NCBI RefSeq assembly: GCF_009914755.1
Contig: NC_060939.1
Direction: 5' to 3' (one strand)
Source: the human T2T-CHM13v2.0 reference genome, Homo sapiens
DNA: 64,000 bases
Position numbers and translations under genes: made by a program. Numbering within the stretch: position 1 is the stretch's first letter; each line of letters opens with the position of its first letter. Below the pieces are notes generated by a model. The model searched no databases and was not told the DNA's origin. It saw nothing but the letters and a program-made list of their open reading frames with translations. Below, one piece after another: positions 17,574 to 35,440 of the stretch.

Positions 17574-17859
17574 ATTTCAGCCTTTAAAAGCGCGGGCCCT
17601 GCCACCTTTCGCTGTGGCCCTTACGCTCAGAATGACGTGTCCTCTCTGCCGTAGGTTGACTCCTTGAGTCCCCTAGGCCATTGCACTGTAGCCTGGGCAG
17701 CAAGAGCCAAACTCCGTCCCCCCACCTCCCCGCGCACATAATAACTAACTAACAAACTAACTAACTAACTAAACTAACTAAATAAATAAAATCTCTACAC
17801 GTCACCTCTAAGTGTGTGTTCCCGTGAGGAGTGATTTCTAAGAAATGGCACTGTACACT

Positions 17860-18262
<403 letters not shown>

Positions 18263-18269
18263 CTAGGGC

Positions 18270-18626
18270 CTTCTCTCTGTCTGTTTCTCTCTGTTCGTCT
18301 CTGTCTTTCTCTCTGTGTCTCTTTCTCTGTCTGTCTGTCTCTTTCTTTCTCTCTGTCTCTGTCTCTGTCTTTGTCTCTCTCTCTCCCTCTCTGCCTGTCT
18401 CACTGTGTCTGTCTTCTGTCTTACTCTCTTTCTCTCCCCGTCTGTCTCTCTCTCTCTCTCTCCCTCCCTGTCTGTCTCTCTCTCTCCCTCCCTGTCTGTT
18501 TCTCTCTCTCTCTTTCTGTCTGTTTCTGTCTCTCTCTGTCTGTCTATGTCTTTCTCTGTCTGTCTCTTTCTCTGTCTGTCTGCCTCTCTCTTTCTTTTTC
18601 TGTGTCTCTCTGTCGGTCTCTCTCTC

Positions 18627-18661
<35 letters not shown>

Positions 18662-18853
18662 GTGCCTATCTTCTGTCTTACTCTCTTTCTCTGCCTGTCT
18701 GTCTGTCTCTCCCTCCCTTTCTGTTTCTCTCTCTCTCTCTCTCTCTCTCCCCCTCTCCCTGTCTGTTTCTCTCCGTCTCTCTCTCTTTCTGTCTGTTTCT
18801 CACTGTCTCTCTCTGTCCATCTCTCTCTCTCTCTGTCTGTCTCTTTCGTTCTC

Positions 18854-18907
<54 letters not shown>

Positions 18908-18950
18908 ACTCTCTGTGTGTATCTTCTGTCTTACTCTCCTTCTCTGCCTG

Positions 18951-18984
<34 letters not shown>

Positions 18985-19313
18985 CCTTTCTGTCTCTCTC
19001 TCTCTCTGTCCCTCTCTCTTTCTGTCTGTTCCTCTCTCTCTCTCTGTCTCTGTCTTTCTCTGTCTGTCTGCCTCTCTCTTTCTTTCTCTTTCTGTGTCTC
19101 TCTGTCTCTCTCTCTGTGCCTATCTTCTGTCTTACTCTCTTTCTCTGCCTGCCTGCCTGTCTGTCTGTCTGTCTCTCTCTGTCTCTCTCCCTGCCTTTCT
19201 GTTTCTCTCTCTCTCCCTCTCTCGCTCTCTCTGTCTTTCTCTCTTTCTCTCTGTTTCTCTGTCTCTCTCTGTCCGTCTCTGTCTTTTTCTGTCTGTCTCT
19301 CTCTTTCTTTCTG

Positions 19314-19346
<33 letters not shown>

Positions 19347-19442
19347 GCTTGTCTCTCTCACTGTGTCTGTCCTCTGTCTTACTCTCCTTCTCTGCCTGTC
19401 CGTCTGTCTGTCTGTCTCTCTCTCTCTCCCTCCCTTTCTGTT

Positions 19443-19487
<45 letters not shown>

Positions 19488-20408
19488 GTTTCTCTTTCTC
19501 TCTCTGTCTGTCTCTGTCTTTCTCTGTCTGTCTCTTTCTCTGTCTGTCTGTCTCCTTCTCTCTGTCTCCGTCTCTGTCTCTCTCTCTCTGTCTCTCTCTC
19601 TCTGCCTGTCTCACTGTGTCTGTCTTCTGTCTTATTCTCTTTCTCTGTCTGTCTGTCTCTCTCTCTCCCTTCCTGTCTCTTTCTCTCTCTCTCTCTCTTT
19701 CTGTCTGTTTCTCTCTGCCTGTCTCCGTCTTTCTCTGTCTGCCTCTCTCTTTCTTTTTCTGCGTCTCTCTGTCTCTCTCTCTCTGTGCCTATCTTCTGTC
19801 TTACTCTGTTTCTCTGCCTGCCTGTCTGTCTGTCTGTCTCTCTCTCTCTCTGTCTCTCTCTCTTTCTGTCTGTTTCTCTCTGTCTCTCTGTCCATCTCTG
19901 TCTTTCTCTGTCCGTCTCTCTCTTTCTCCCTGTCTCTGTCTCTGCCTCTGCCTCTCTCTCTCTCTGTCTCTCTCTTTCTATCTGTTTCTCTCTGTCTCTC
20001 TGTCCATCTCTGTCTTTCTCTGTCTGTCTCTCTCTTTCTCCCTGTCTCTGTCTCTGCCTCTCTCTCTCTCTGTCTGTCTCTCTCACTGTGTGTGTGTCTC
20101 TGTCTCTGCCTCTCTCTCTCTCTCTCTCTCTCTCTGTCTGTCTCTCTCACTGTGTGTGTCTGTCTTCTGTCTTACTCTCCTTCTCTGCCTGTCCGTCTGT
20201 CTGTCTGTCTCTCCCTCTCTCTCCCTCCCTTTCTGTTTCTCTCTCTCTCTCTCTCTCTTTCTGTCTGTTTCTCTCTTTCTCTCTCTGTCTGTCTCTTTCT
20301 CTGTCTGTCTGTCTCTCTCTTTCTTTTTCTCTGTCTCTCTGTCTCTCTCTGTGCCTGTCTCTCTGTCTGTGCCTATCTTCTGTCTTACTCTCTTTCTCTG
20401 GCTGACTG

Positions 20409-20447
<39 letters not shown>

Positions 20448-20548
20448 GTCTCCGTCCCTCCCTCCCTGTCTGTCTGTTTCTCTCTCTGTCCATTTCTGTC
20501 TGTCTCTTTCTCTTTCTCTCTCTTTCTTTCTCTCTGTCTCTCTCTGTC

Positions 20549-20597
<49 letters not shown>

Positions 20598-20805
20598 CTC
20601 TCTCACTGTGTCGGTCTTCTGTCTTACTCTCTTTCTCTGCCTGCCTCTCTGTCTGTCTGTCTGTCTCTCTCCCTCCATGTCTCTCTCTCTCTCTCTCTCA
20701 CTCACTGTCTCTCCGTCTCTCTCTCTTTCTGTCTGTTTCTCTCTGTCTCTGTCTTTCTGTGTGTCTGTCTGTCTCTCTCTCTATTTGTCTTTCTCCCTCC
20801 CTGTC

Positions 20806-20850
<45 letters not shown>

Positions 20851-20920
20851 GTCTGTTTCTCTCTATCTCTCGCTGTCCATCTCTGTCTTTCTATGTCTGT
20901 CTCTTTCTCTGTCAGTCTGT
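18270..20920 (+). repeat. Pyrimidine (CT/TCTG) array of LR1
   Basis: About 2.6 kb almost free of A on the + strand. Confidence 0.95.
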
Positions 20921-21175
20921 CAGACACCCCCGTGCCGGGTAGGGCCCTGCCCCTTCCACGAAAGTGAGAAGCGCGTGCTTCGGTGCTTAGAGAGGCCGAG
21001 AGGAATCTAGACAGGCGGGCCTTGCTGGGCTTCCCCACTCGGTGTATGATTTCGGGAGGTCGAGGCCGGGTCCCCGCTTGGATGCGAGGGGCATTTTCAG
21101 ACTTTTCTCTCGGTCACGTGTGGCGTCCGTACTTCTCCTATTTCCCCGATAAGCTCCTCGACTTCAACATAAACG

Positions 21176-25731
<4,556 letters not shown>

Positions 25732-25736
25732 TGTGA

Positions 25737-25945
25737 AGGCCGGACGCAACACGGCGAAACCCCGTCTCTACTAAAAATACAAAGCTGAGTCGGGAGCGGT
25801 GGGGCAGGCCCCTGTAATGCCAGCTCCTCGGGAGGCTGAGGCGGGAGAATCGCTTGAACCAGGGAAGCGGAGGCTGCAGGGAGCCGAGATCGCGCCACTG
25901 CACTACGGCCCAGGCTGTAGAGTGAGTGAGACTCGGTCTCTAAAT
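25737..25945 (+). mobile_element. 5'-truncated Alu abutting the LR2 end
   Basis: GGCGAAACCCCGTCTCTACTAAAAATACAAA...GAGATCGCGCCACTGCACT. Confidence 0.85.
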
Positions 25946-27134
25946 AAATACGGAAATTAATTAATTCATTAATTCTTTTCCCTGCTGACGGACATTTGCA
26001 GGCAGGCATCGGTTGTCTTCGGGCATCACCTAGCGGCCACTGTTATTGAAAGTCGACGTGACACGGAGGGAGGTCTCGCCGACTTCACCGAGCCTGGGGC
26101 AACGGGTTTCTCTCTCTCCCTTCTGGAGGCCCCTCCCTCTCTCCCTCGTTGCCTAGGGAACCTCGCCTAGGGAACCTCCGCCCTGGCGGGGGCCCTATTG
26201 TTCTTTGATCGGCGCTTTACTTTTCTTTGTGTTTTGGCGCCTAGACTCTTCTACTTGGGCTTTGGGAAGGGTCAGTTTAATTTTCAAGTTGCCCCCCGGC
26301 TCCCCCCACTACCCACGTCCCTTCACCTTAATTTAGTGAGTCGGTTAGGTGGGTTTCCCCCAAACCGCCCCCCCCCCCCCCGCCTCCCAACACCCTGCTT
26401 GGAAACCTTCCAGAGCCACCCCGGTGTGCCTCCGTCTTCTCTCCCCTTCCCCCACCCCTTGCCGGCGATCTCATTCTTGCCAGGCTGACATTTGCATCGG
26501 TGGGCGTCAGGCCTCACTCGGGGGCCACCGTTTTTGAAGATGGGGGCGGCACGGTCCCACTTCCCCGGAGGCAGCTTGGGCCGATGGCATAGCCCCTTGA
26601 CCCGCGTGGGCAAGCGGGCGGGTCTGCAGTTGTGAGGCTTTTCCCCCCGCTGCTTCCCGCCTCAGGCCTCCCTCCCTAGGAAAGCTTCACCCTGGCTGGG
26701 TCTCGGTCACCTTTTATCACGATGTTTTAGTTTCTCCGCCCTCCGGCCAGCAGAGTTTCACAATGCGAAGGGCGCCACGGCTCTAGTCTGGGCCTTCTCA
26801 GTACTTGCCCAAAATAGAAACGCTTTCTGAAAACTAATAACTTTGCTCACTTAAGATTTCCAGGGACGGCGCCTTGGCCCGTGTTTGTTGGCTTGTTTTG
26901 TTTCGTTCTGTTTTGTTTTGTTCGTGTTTTTCCTTTCTCGTATGTCTTTCTTTTCAGGTGAAGTAGAAATCCCCAGTTTTCAGGAAGACGTCTATTTTCC
27001 CCAAGACACGTTAGCTGCCGTTTTTTCCTGTTGTGAACTAGCGCTTTTGTGACTCTCTCAACGTGCAGTGAGAGCCGGTTGATGTTTACTATCCTTCATC
27101 ATGACATCTTATTTTCTAGAAATCCGTAGGCGAA

Positions 27135-27222
27135 TGCTGCTGCTGCTCTTGTTGCTGTTGTTGTTGTTGTTGTTGTCGTCGTTGCTGTTGTCGTTGTCGT
27201 TGTTGTTGTCGTTGTCGTTGTT
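27135..27222. repeat. (GCT/GTT/GTC)n compound trinucleotide repeat
   Basis: Read directly from sequence. Confidence 0.9.
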
Positions 27223-27299
27223 TTCAAAGTATACCCCGGCCACCGTTTATGGGATCAAAAGCATTATAAAATATGTGTGATTATTTCTTGAGCACGCCC

Positions 27300-27895
27300 T
27301 TCCTCCCCCTCTCTCTGTCTCTCTGTCTGTCTCTGTCTCTCTCTTTCTCTGTCTGTCTTCTCTCTCTCTCTCTCTCTGTGTCTCTCTCTCTCTGCCTGTC
27401 TGTTTCTCTCTCTCTGCCTCTCTCTCTCTCTCTCTCTCTGCCTGTCTCTCTCACTGTGTCTGTCTTCTGTCTTACTCCCTTTCTCTGTCTGTCTGTCGGT
27501 CTCTCTCTCTCTCTCTCCCTGTCTGTATGTTTCTCTCTGTCTCTGTCTCTCTCTCTCTTTCTGTTTCTCTCTCTCCGTCTCTGTCTTTCTCTGACTGTCT
27601 CTCTCTTTCCTTCTCTCTGTCTCTCTCTGCCTGTCTCTCTCACTCTGTCTTCTGTCTTACTCTCTCTCTCTGCCTGCCTGTCTCTCTCACTCTCTCTCTC
27701 TGTGTGTCTCTCTCTCTCTTTCTGTTTCTCTCTGTCTCTCTGTCCGTCTCTGTCTTTCTCTGTCTGTCTCTTTGTCTGTCTGTCTTTGTCTTTCCTTCTC
27801 TCTGTCTCTGTCTCTCTCACTGTGTCTGTCTTCTGTCTTAGTCTCTCTCTCTCTCTCTCCCTGTCTGTCTGTCTCTCTCTCTCTCTCCCCCTGTC

Positions 27896-27940
<45 letters not shown>

Positions 27941-28213
27941 TTGTCTTTCTTTCTGTCTCTGTCTCTCTCTCTCTCTCTGTGTGTCTGTCTTCTGTCTTAC
28001 TGTCTTTCTCTGCCTGTCTGTCTGTCTGTCTCTCTCTGTCTGTCTCTCTCTCTCTCTCCCCCCTGTCGGCTGTTTCTCTGTCTCTGTCTGTGTCTCTCTT
28101 TCTGTCTGTTTCTCTCTGTCTGTCTTTCTCTCTCTGTCTCTTTCTCTCTGTCTCTCTGTCTGTCTCTGTCTCTCTCTCTGTCTCTCTCTCTCTGTGGGGG
28201 GGTGTGTGTGTGT

Positions 28214-28250
<37 letters not shown>

Positions 28251-28501
28251 TGCCTTCTGTCTTACTCTCTTTCTCTGCCTGTCTGTCTGCCTGTCTGTTT
28301 GTCTCTCTCTCTCTGCCTGTCTCTCTCCCTTCCTGTCTGTTTCTCTCTCTTTCTGTTTCTCTCTGTCTCTGTCCATCTCTGTCTTTCTCCGTCTGTCTCT
28401 TTATCTGTCTCTCTCCGTCTGTCTCTTTATCTGTCTCTCTCTCTCTTTCTGTCTTTCTCTCTCTGTGTATCGTTGTCTCTCTCTGTCTGTCTCTGTCTCT
28501 G

Positions 28502-28534
<33 letters not shown>

Positions 28535-28590
28535 GTCTGTCTGTCCGTCTGTCTGTCTCGGTCTCTGGCTCTCGCTATCTCCCGCCCTCT
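27300..28590 (+). repeat. Third CT/TCTG array with embedded (TG)n
   Basis: Shares the TCTTCTGTCTTACTC landmark with the LR arrays. Confidence 0.93.
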
Positions 28591-29877
28591 CTTTTTTTGC
28601 AAAAGAAGCTCAAGTACATCTAATCTAATCCCTTACCAAGGCCTGAATTCTTCACTTCTGACATCCCAGATTTGATCTCCCTACAGAATGCTGTACAGAA
28701 CTGGCGAGTTGATTTCTGGACTTGGATACCTCATAGAAACTACATATGAATAAAGATCCAATCCTAAAATCTGGGGTGGCTTCTCCCTCGACTGTCTCGA
28801 AAAATCGTACCTCTGTTCCCCTAGGATGCCGGAAGAGTTTTCTCAATGTGCATCTGCCCGTGTCCTAAGTGATCTGTGACCGAGCCCTGTCCGTCCTGTC
28901 TCAAATATGTACGTGCAAACACTTCTCTCCATTTCCACAACTACCCACGGCCCCTTGTGGAACCACTGGCTCTTTGAAAAAAATCCCAGAAGTGGTTTTG
29001 GCTTTTTGGCTAGGAGGCCTAAGCCTGCTGAGAACTTTCCTGCCCAGGATCCTGTGTGACCAAAAGTGCCTCTGCTGGGAGCTGGGATCCTCGGGACCAT
29101 GCTTGCTAGCGCTGGATGAGTCTCTGGAAGGACGCACGGGACTCCGCAAAGCTGACCTGTCCCACCGAGGTCAAATGGATACCTCTGCATTGGCCCGAGG
29201 CCTCCGAAGTACATCACCGTCACCAACCGTCACCGTCAGCATCCTTGTGAGCCTGCCCAAGGCCCCGCCTCCGGGGAGACTCTTGGGAGCCCGGCCTTCG
29301 TCGGCTAAAGTCCAAAGGGATGGTGACTTCCACCCACAAGGTCCCCACTGAACGGCGAAGATGTGGAGCGTAGGTCAGAGAGGGGACCAGGAGGGGAGAC
29401 GTCCCGACAGGCGACGAGTTCCCAAGGCTCTGGCCACCCCACCCACGCCCCACGCCCCACGTCCCGGGCACCCGCGGGACACCGCCGCTTTATCCCCTCC
29501 TCTGTCCACAGCCGGCCCCACCCCACCACGCAACCCACGCACACACGCTGGAGGTTCCAAAACCACACGGTGTGACTAGAGCCTGACGGAGCGAGAGCCC
29601 ATTTCACGAGGTGGGAGGGGTGGGGGTGGGGTGGGTTGGGGGTTGTGGGGTCTGTGGCGAGCCCGATTCTCCCTCTTGGGTGGCTACAGGCTAGAAATGA
29701 ATATCGCTTCTTGGGCGGAGGGGCTTCCTTAGGCCATCACCGCTTGCGGGACTACCTCTCAAACCCTCCCTTGAGGCCACAAAATAGATTCCACCCCACC
29801 CATCGACGTTTCCCCCGGGTGCTGGATGTATCCTGTCAAGAGACCTGAGCCTGACACCGTCGAATTAAACACCTTGA

Positions 29878-30085
<208 letters not shown>

Positions 30086-30157
30086 TCTTTCATTGGTTTT
30101 CACTGGAGATTCTAGATTCGAGCCACACCTCATTCCGTGCCACAGAGAGACTTCTTT

Positions 30158-33100
30158 TTTTTTTTTTTTTTAAGCGCAACGCAACATGTCTGCCTTATTT
30201 GAGTGGCTTCCTATATCATTATAATTGTGTTATAGATGAAGAAACGGTATTAAACACTGTGCTAATGATAGTGAAAGTGAAGACAAAAGAAAGGCTATCT
30301 ATTTTGTGGTTAGAATAAAGTTGCTCAGTATTTAGAGCTACCTAAATACGTCAGCATTTACACTCTTCCTAGTAAAAGCTGGCCAATCTGAATAATCCTC
30401 CTTTAAACAAACACAATTTTTGATAGGGTTAAGATTTTTTTAAGAATGCGACTCCTGCAAAATAGCTGAACAGACGATACACATTTAAAAAAATAACAAC
30501 ACAAGGATCAACCAGACTTGGGAAAAAATCGAAAACCACACAAGTCTTATGAAGAACTGAGTTCTTAAAATAGGACGGAGAACGTAGCTATCGGAAGAGA
30601 AGGCAGTATTGGCAAGTTGATTGTTACGTTGGTCAGCAGTAGCTGGCACTATCTTTTTGGCCATCTTTCGGGCAATGTAACTACTACAGCAAAATGAGAT
30701 ATGATCCATGAAACAACATATTCGCAAATCAAAAAGTGTTTCAGTAATATAATGCTTCAGATTTAGAAGCAAATCAAATGATAGAACTCCACTGCTGTAA
30801 TAAGTCACCCCAAAGATCACCGTATCTGACAAAATAACTACCACAGGGTTATGACTTCAGAATCATACTTTCTCTTGATATTTACTTATGTATGTATTTA
30901 TTTTTTTTAATTTATTTCTCTTGAGACGGCGTCTCGCTCTGTCGCCCAGGCTGGAGTGCGATGGTGTGATCTCGGCTCACTGCAACCGCCACCTCCCTGG
31001 GTTCAAGCGATTCTCCTGCCTCAGCCTCCCGAGTAGCTGGGACTACAGGTGCCCGCCACCACGCCCAGCTAATCTTTATACTTTTAATAGAGACGGGGTT
31101 TCACCGTGTCGGCCCGGATGGTCTCGATCTCTTGACCTCGTGACCCGCCCGCCTCGGCCTCCCAAAGTGCTGGGATGACAGGCGTGAGCCACTGAGCCCG
31201 GCCTTCTCTTGACGTTTAAACTATGAAGTCAGTCCAGAGAAACGCAATAAATGTCAACGGTGAGGATGGTGTTGAGGCAGAAGTAGGACCACACTTTTTC
31301 CTATCTTATTCAGTTGATAACAATATGACCTAGGTAGTAATTTCCTATGTGCCTACTTATACACGAGTACAAAAGAGTAAAACAGAGAGACTGCTAAATT
31401 AAAGGGTACGTGAAGTTCTTCATAGTAACTCCGTAAACTGGAACACTGTCAAAAAGCAGCAGCTAGTGAATTGTTTCCATGTATTTTTCTATTATCCAAT
31501 AAGTGAACTATGCTATTCCTTTCCAGTCTCCCAAGCACTTCTTGTCCCCATCACCACTTCGGTGCTCGAAGAAAAAGTAACAAATCAAGGAACACAACTA
31601 AAGAAACACACACACAAACCAAAGACAACTACAGCGTCTGCAAAAGTTTGCTAGAAGACTGAAACTGTTGAGTATAAGGATCTGGTATTCTACGATGATC
31701 ATGAGTTCACTTCAGAGTTTGTTCAAGACATACGTTTCGTAAGGAAACATCTTAGTTAGAAGTTATTCAGCAGTAGGTACCATCCCTAAGTATTTTTCAC
31801 CAAATTCGTGACAATAAAGAGCTATCTAACCAGAAAAATTAGCGAGTACCGGCACCATCCATAGGGCTTTGTCTTTACGCTTCATTAGCACTTACCATGC
31901 CTTACAATGTCTAGGATTGACCCTGATAGCATTTCGAAAACAAGCTAATGCTTTGTCCAGTTCTTCAGTGAAGACAAGCTCACGCCCTAATGCGCTATAG
32001 GCATAAGCATCATTTGGATCCACTTCGAGAGTTCTCTGGAAGAATTGAATCGCAATATCGTGTTCCCGTTGCAGACCGAAACAGTTCCCTGCAGCACACC
32101 AGGCCTCTGGCTGGCGAATTTTTATCCATGTCTGTGAAGTCTTTGGACAGAACTGAAAGAGCAACCTCTTTCGGAGGATGCCAAAGTGTTGTAGAGTAGA
32201 TCTCCATGCCTTCGACTCTGTAATTCTCAATCCTCCTAACCTCTGAGAATTGTCTTTCAGCTTGCGTGGACTCTGAAAGTTTACAATAGGCCCTTCCGAT
32301 TTGGCACAGTACCCAACCGGTATTGCAGTGGTGAGAAGCTAGATGGCTCAAGATGCTGATAGCTTCTTTGCCGTGGTAAGAACACAAAGCTAAATAACCT
32401 TTCCCCCTTTCACGAAGAAGGCTCATCAAGCCTTCCGCTGCTGCTTTTTGTAGATTAAAAGCCTGAATCTGAGGCGCGATTGCGGCTATTTTCCCTTCTG
32501 AAATGACGGAAGAGTCCAATTTTGTCACTTCCAGGCTATCACTTATGTTCGGTGGAGTTATTGCTCCTTTATTAGTTTTACTTTTGGTTCTTCTGTTTGG
32601 GATTTTAGGTGGAAACTTCATTTTTAATTTTCTCCTATTCTCCTCGGTTGTGGAGCTGTCACTAGTCAAGAGTCGTGAATTTCTTCGAGGCGGTGCATTT
32701 GGGGGAGATGCCATAGTGGGGCTCAATACCTGAGGTGTTGCCCTTGTCGGCGGACCAGAACTTTGTGTTTTTGCAAGGACTGGAGTTACCTTTCGGCTCT
32801 TTCCCCTCTGCGAGAAGACAGACGGTGTTCCGGTTTGGCCGATTCTGGCAACAGGCTTTTTTGAAGGGGCTCCGGTGGATGGCACGTCAATGACAGACGG
32901 TGTCTCATACCAGTGCAGTTTTGTCAATAGGGTCCGTCTCCGGGACTTGGGGTTTCTAATGGCAAAATGCCAACACTTGGGGTTAATGGACTAACAGCTG
33001 CTGGTCCTCCTAATAAACTTCGACCAGTTTTTGGTTTATGTTGAACCTGTTTAGATCATATGGAAGTTCCTGTTCCCAGTGGGACAGTATCAGGTGAAAG

Positions 33101-33952
33101 GACAGCTGAATCGATAGAAGACACTGGGGAGTCTGTATTCAAGGAGTACTTTGAATTGGAAGATTCTAAATTCCATCCGTTTCATTCGACGGTGTCCTGG
33201 GGTGTTTCCGTAAGAACGGTCTCGGGCTGTCTGTGACATAAACTAGGACGAGGTCCAAGTGTTGTGGCGCAACACTTGGACAGGCAGTTGCTAAAGCTCT
33301 CTAGAGAGGTGAATCAAAATGTTTGGTCAGGATCTGGCTTTTCCCCCCTATTTCACATCATGATTCAAAGGGACACCAGAGGAAAGGATTTCAACGAAGG
33401 CTCTTTTGGTCACATTCTGATCCTTTGGTAAGCCGATCTGTCTTGCAATATACATGTCCCGACGATGGAAGGGGAAAGCGAGCTGAATCACCAAACTCAG
33501 GAACGATAATATCATCGTGGCTTTTCTGCTTATGAAACACTCCACCCGATAAGATTTGATCCCCTTCTGCAAGCTTGCTGAGATCAACACAACATTTCGC
33601 AAGCAGGCATTTGCATTGCGGGGTAGTACAACTGTGTCCTTTCAAGAGTCTATATGTTTTATAGGCCTTTCCTGAGCGGTAAGAACAGGTCGCCAGTAAG
33701 AACAAGGCTTCTTCTGAGTGTACTTCTGCATAAAGGCGTTCTGCGGGGGAAACCGCATCTCGGTAGGCATAGTGGTTTAGTGCTTGCCATATAGCAGCCT
33801 GGACGGGTCCCTGCAGCACCGCCATCCTCGAGGCTCAGGCCCACTTTCTGCAGTGCCACAGGCACCCCCCCCCCCATAGCGGCTCCGGCCCGGCCAGCCC
33901 CGGCTCATTTAAAGGCACCAGCCGCCGTTACCGGGGGATGGGGGAGTCCGAG
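30158..33952 (-). pseudogene. CDC27P: CDC27 (APC3) processed pseudogene: 5'UTR, spliced coding exons (33825 to 31896), ~1.7 kb intron-like 3' portion and poly(A)
   Basis: ORF pieces MAVLQGPVQAAIWQALNHYAYRDA..., ...KAAAEGLMSLLRE.GKGYLALCSY... and ...EELDKALACFRNAIRVNPRH..AW match CDC27, with no introns and with frameshifts; poly(T) at 30155-30171; TSD-like 16-mers at 30142-30157 and 33953-33968. Confidence 0.95.
30885..31203 (-). mobile_element. Full-length Alu (Y/Sc-like) inside the 3' portion of the CDC27 retrocopy
   Basis: GGATGGTCTCGATCTCTTGACCTCGTGA; flanked by TTCTCTTGATATTTA (30870-30884) and TTCTCTTGACGTTTA (31204-31218). Confidence 0.9.
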
Positions 33953-34477
33953 ACAGAATGACTTCTTTATCCTGCTGACTCTGGAAAGCCCGGCGCCTTG
34001 TGATCCATTGCAAACCGAGAGTCACCTCGTGTTTAGAACACGGATCCACTCCCAAGTTCAGTGGGGGGATGTGAGGGGTGTGGCAGGTAGGACGAAGGAC
34101 TCTCTTCCTTCTGATTCGGTCTGCACAGTGGGGCCTAGGGCTGGAGCTCTCTCCGTGCGGACCGCTGACTCCCTCTACCTTGGGTTCCCTCGGCCCCACC
34201 CTGGAACGCCGGGCCTTGGCAGATTCTGGCCCTTCCTGGCCCTTCAGTCGCTGTCAGAAACCCCATCTCATGCTCGGATGCCCCGAGTGACTGTGGCTCG
34301 CACCTCTCCGGAAACATTGGAAATCTCTCCTCTACGCGCGGCCACCTGAAACCACAGGAGCTCGGGACACACGTGCTTTCGGGAGAGAATGCTGAGAGTC
34401 TCTTGCCGACTCTCTCTTGACTTGAGTTCTTCGTGGGTGCGTGGTTAAGACGTAGTGAGACCAGATGTATTAACTCA

Positions 34478-34635
34478 GGCCGGGTGCTGGTGGCTCACGC
34501 CTGTAACCCCAACACTTTGGGAGGCCGAGGCCGTAGGATCCCTCGAGGAATCGCCTAACCCTGGGGAGGTTGAGGTTGCAGTGAGTGAGCCATAGTTGTG
34601 TCACTGTGCTCCAGTCTGGGCGAAAGACAGAATGA
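34478..34635 (+). mobile_element. Alu monomer or deleted Alu
   Basis: GGCCGGGTGCTGGTGGCTCACGCCTGTAA...GAGGTTGCAGTGAG. Confidence 0.8.
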
Positions 34636-34742
34636 GGCCCTGCCACAGGCAGGCAGGCAGGCAGGCAGGCAGAAAGACAACAGCTGTATTATGTTCTTCT
34701 CAGGGTAGGAAGCAAAAATAACAGAATACAGCACTTAATTAA

Positions 34743-35043
<301 letters not shown>

Positions 35044-35087
35044 TACGTTTATTTATTTATTTTTTTAATTATTTTACTTTTTTTTAG

Positions 35088-35440
<353 letters not shown>

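Noticed and set aside
28600-29400. Unique segment with AATAAA, possibly an old LTR/ERV fragment
   Set aside because: I cannot assign a family by eye; it needs a Dfam search.
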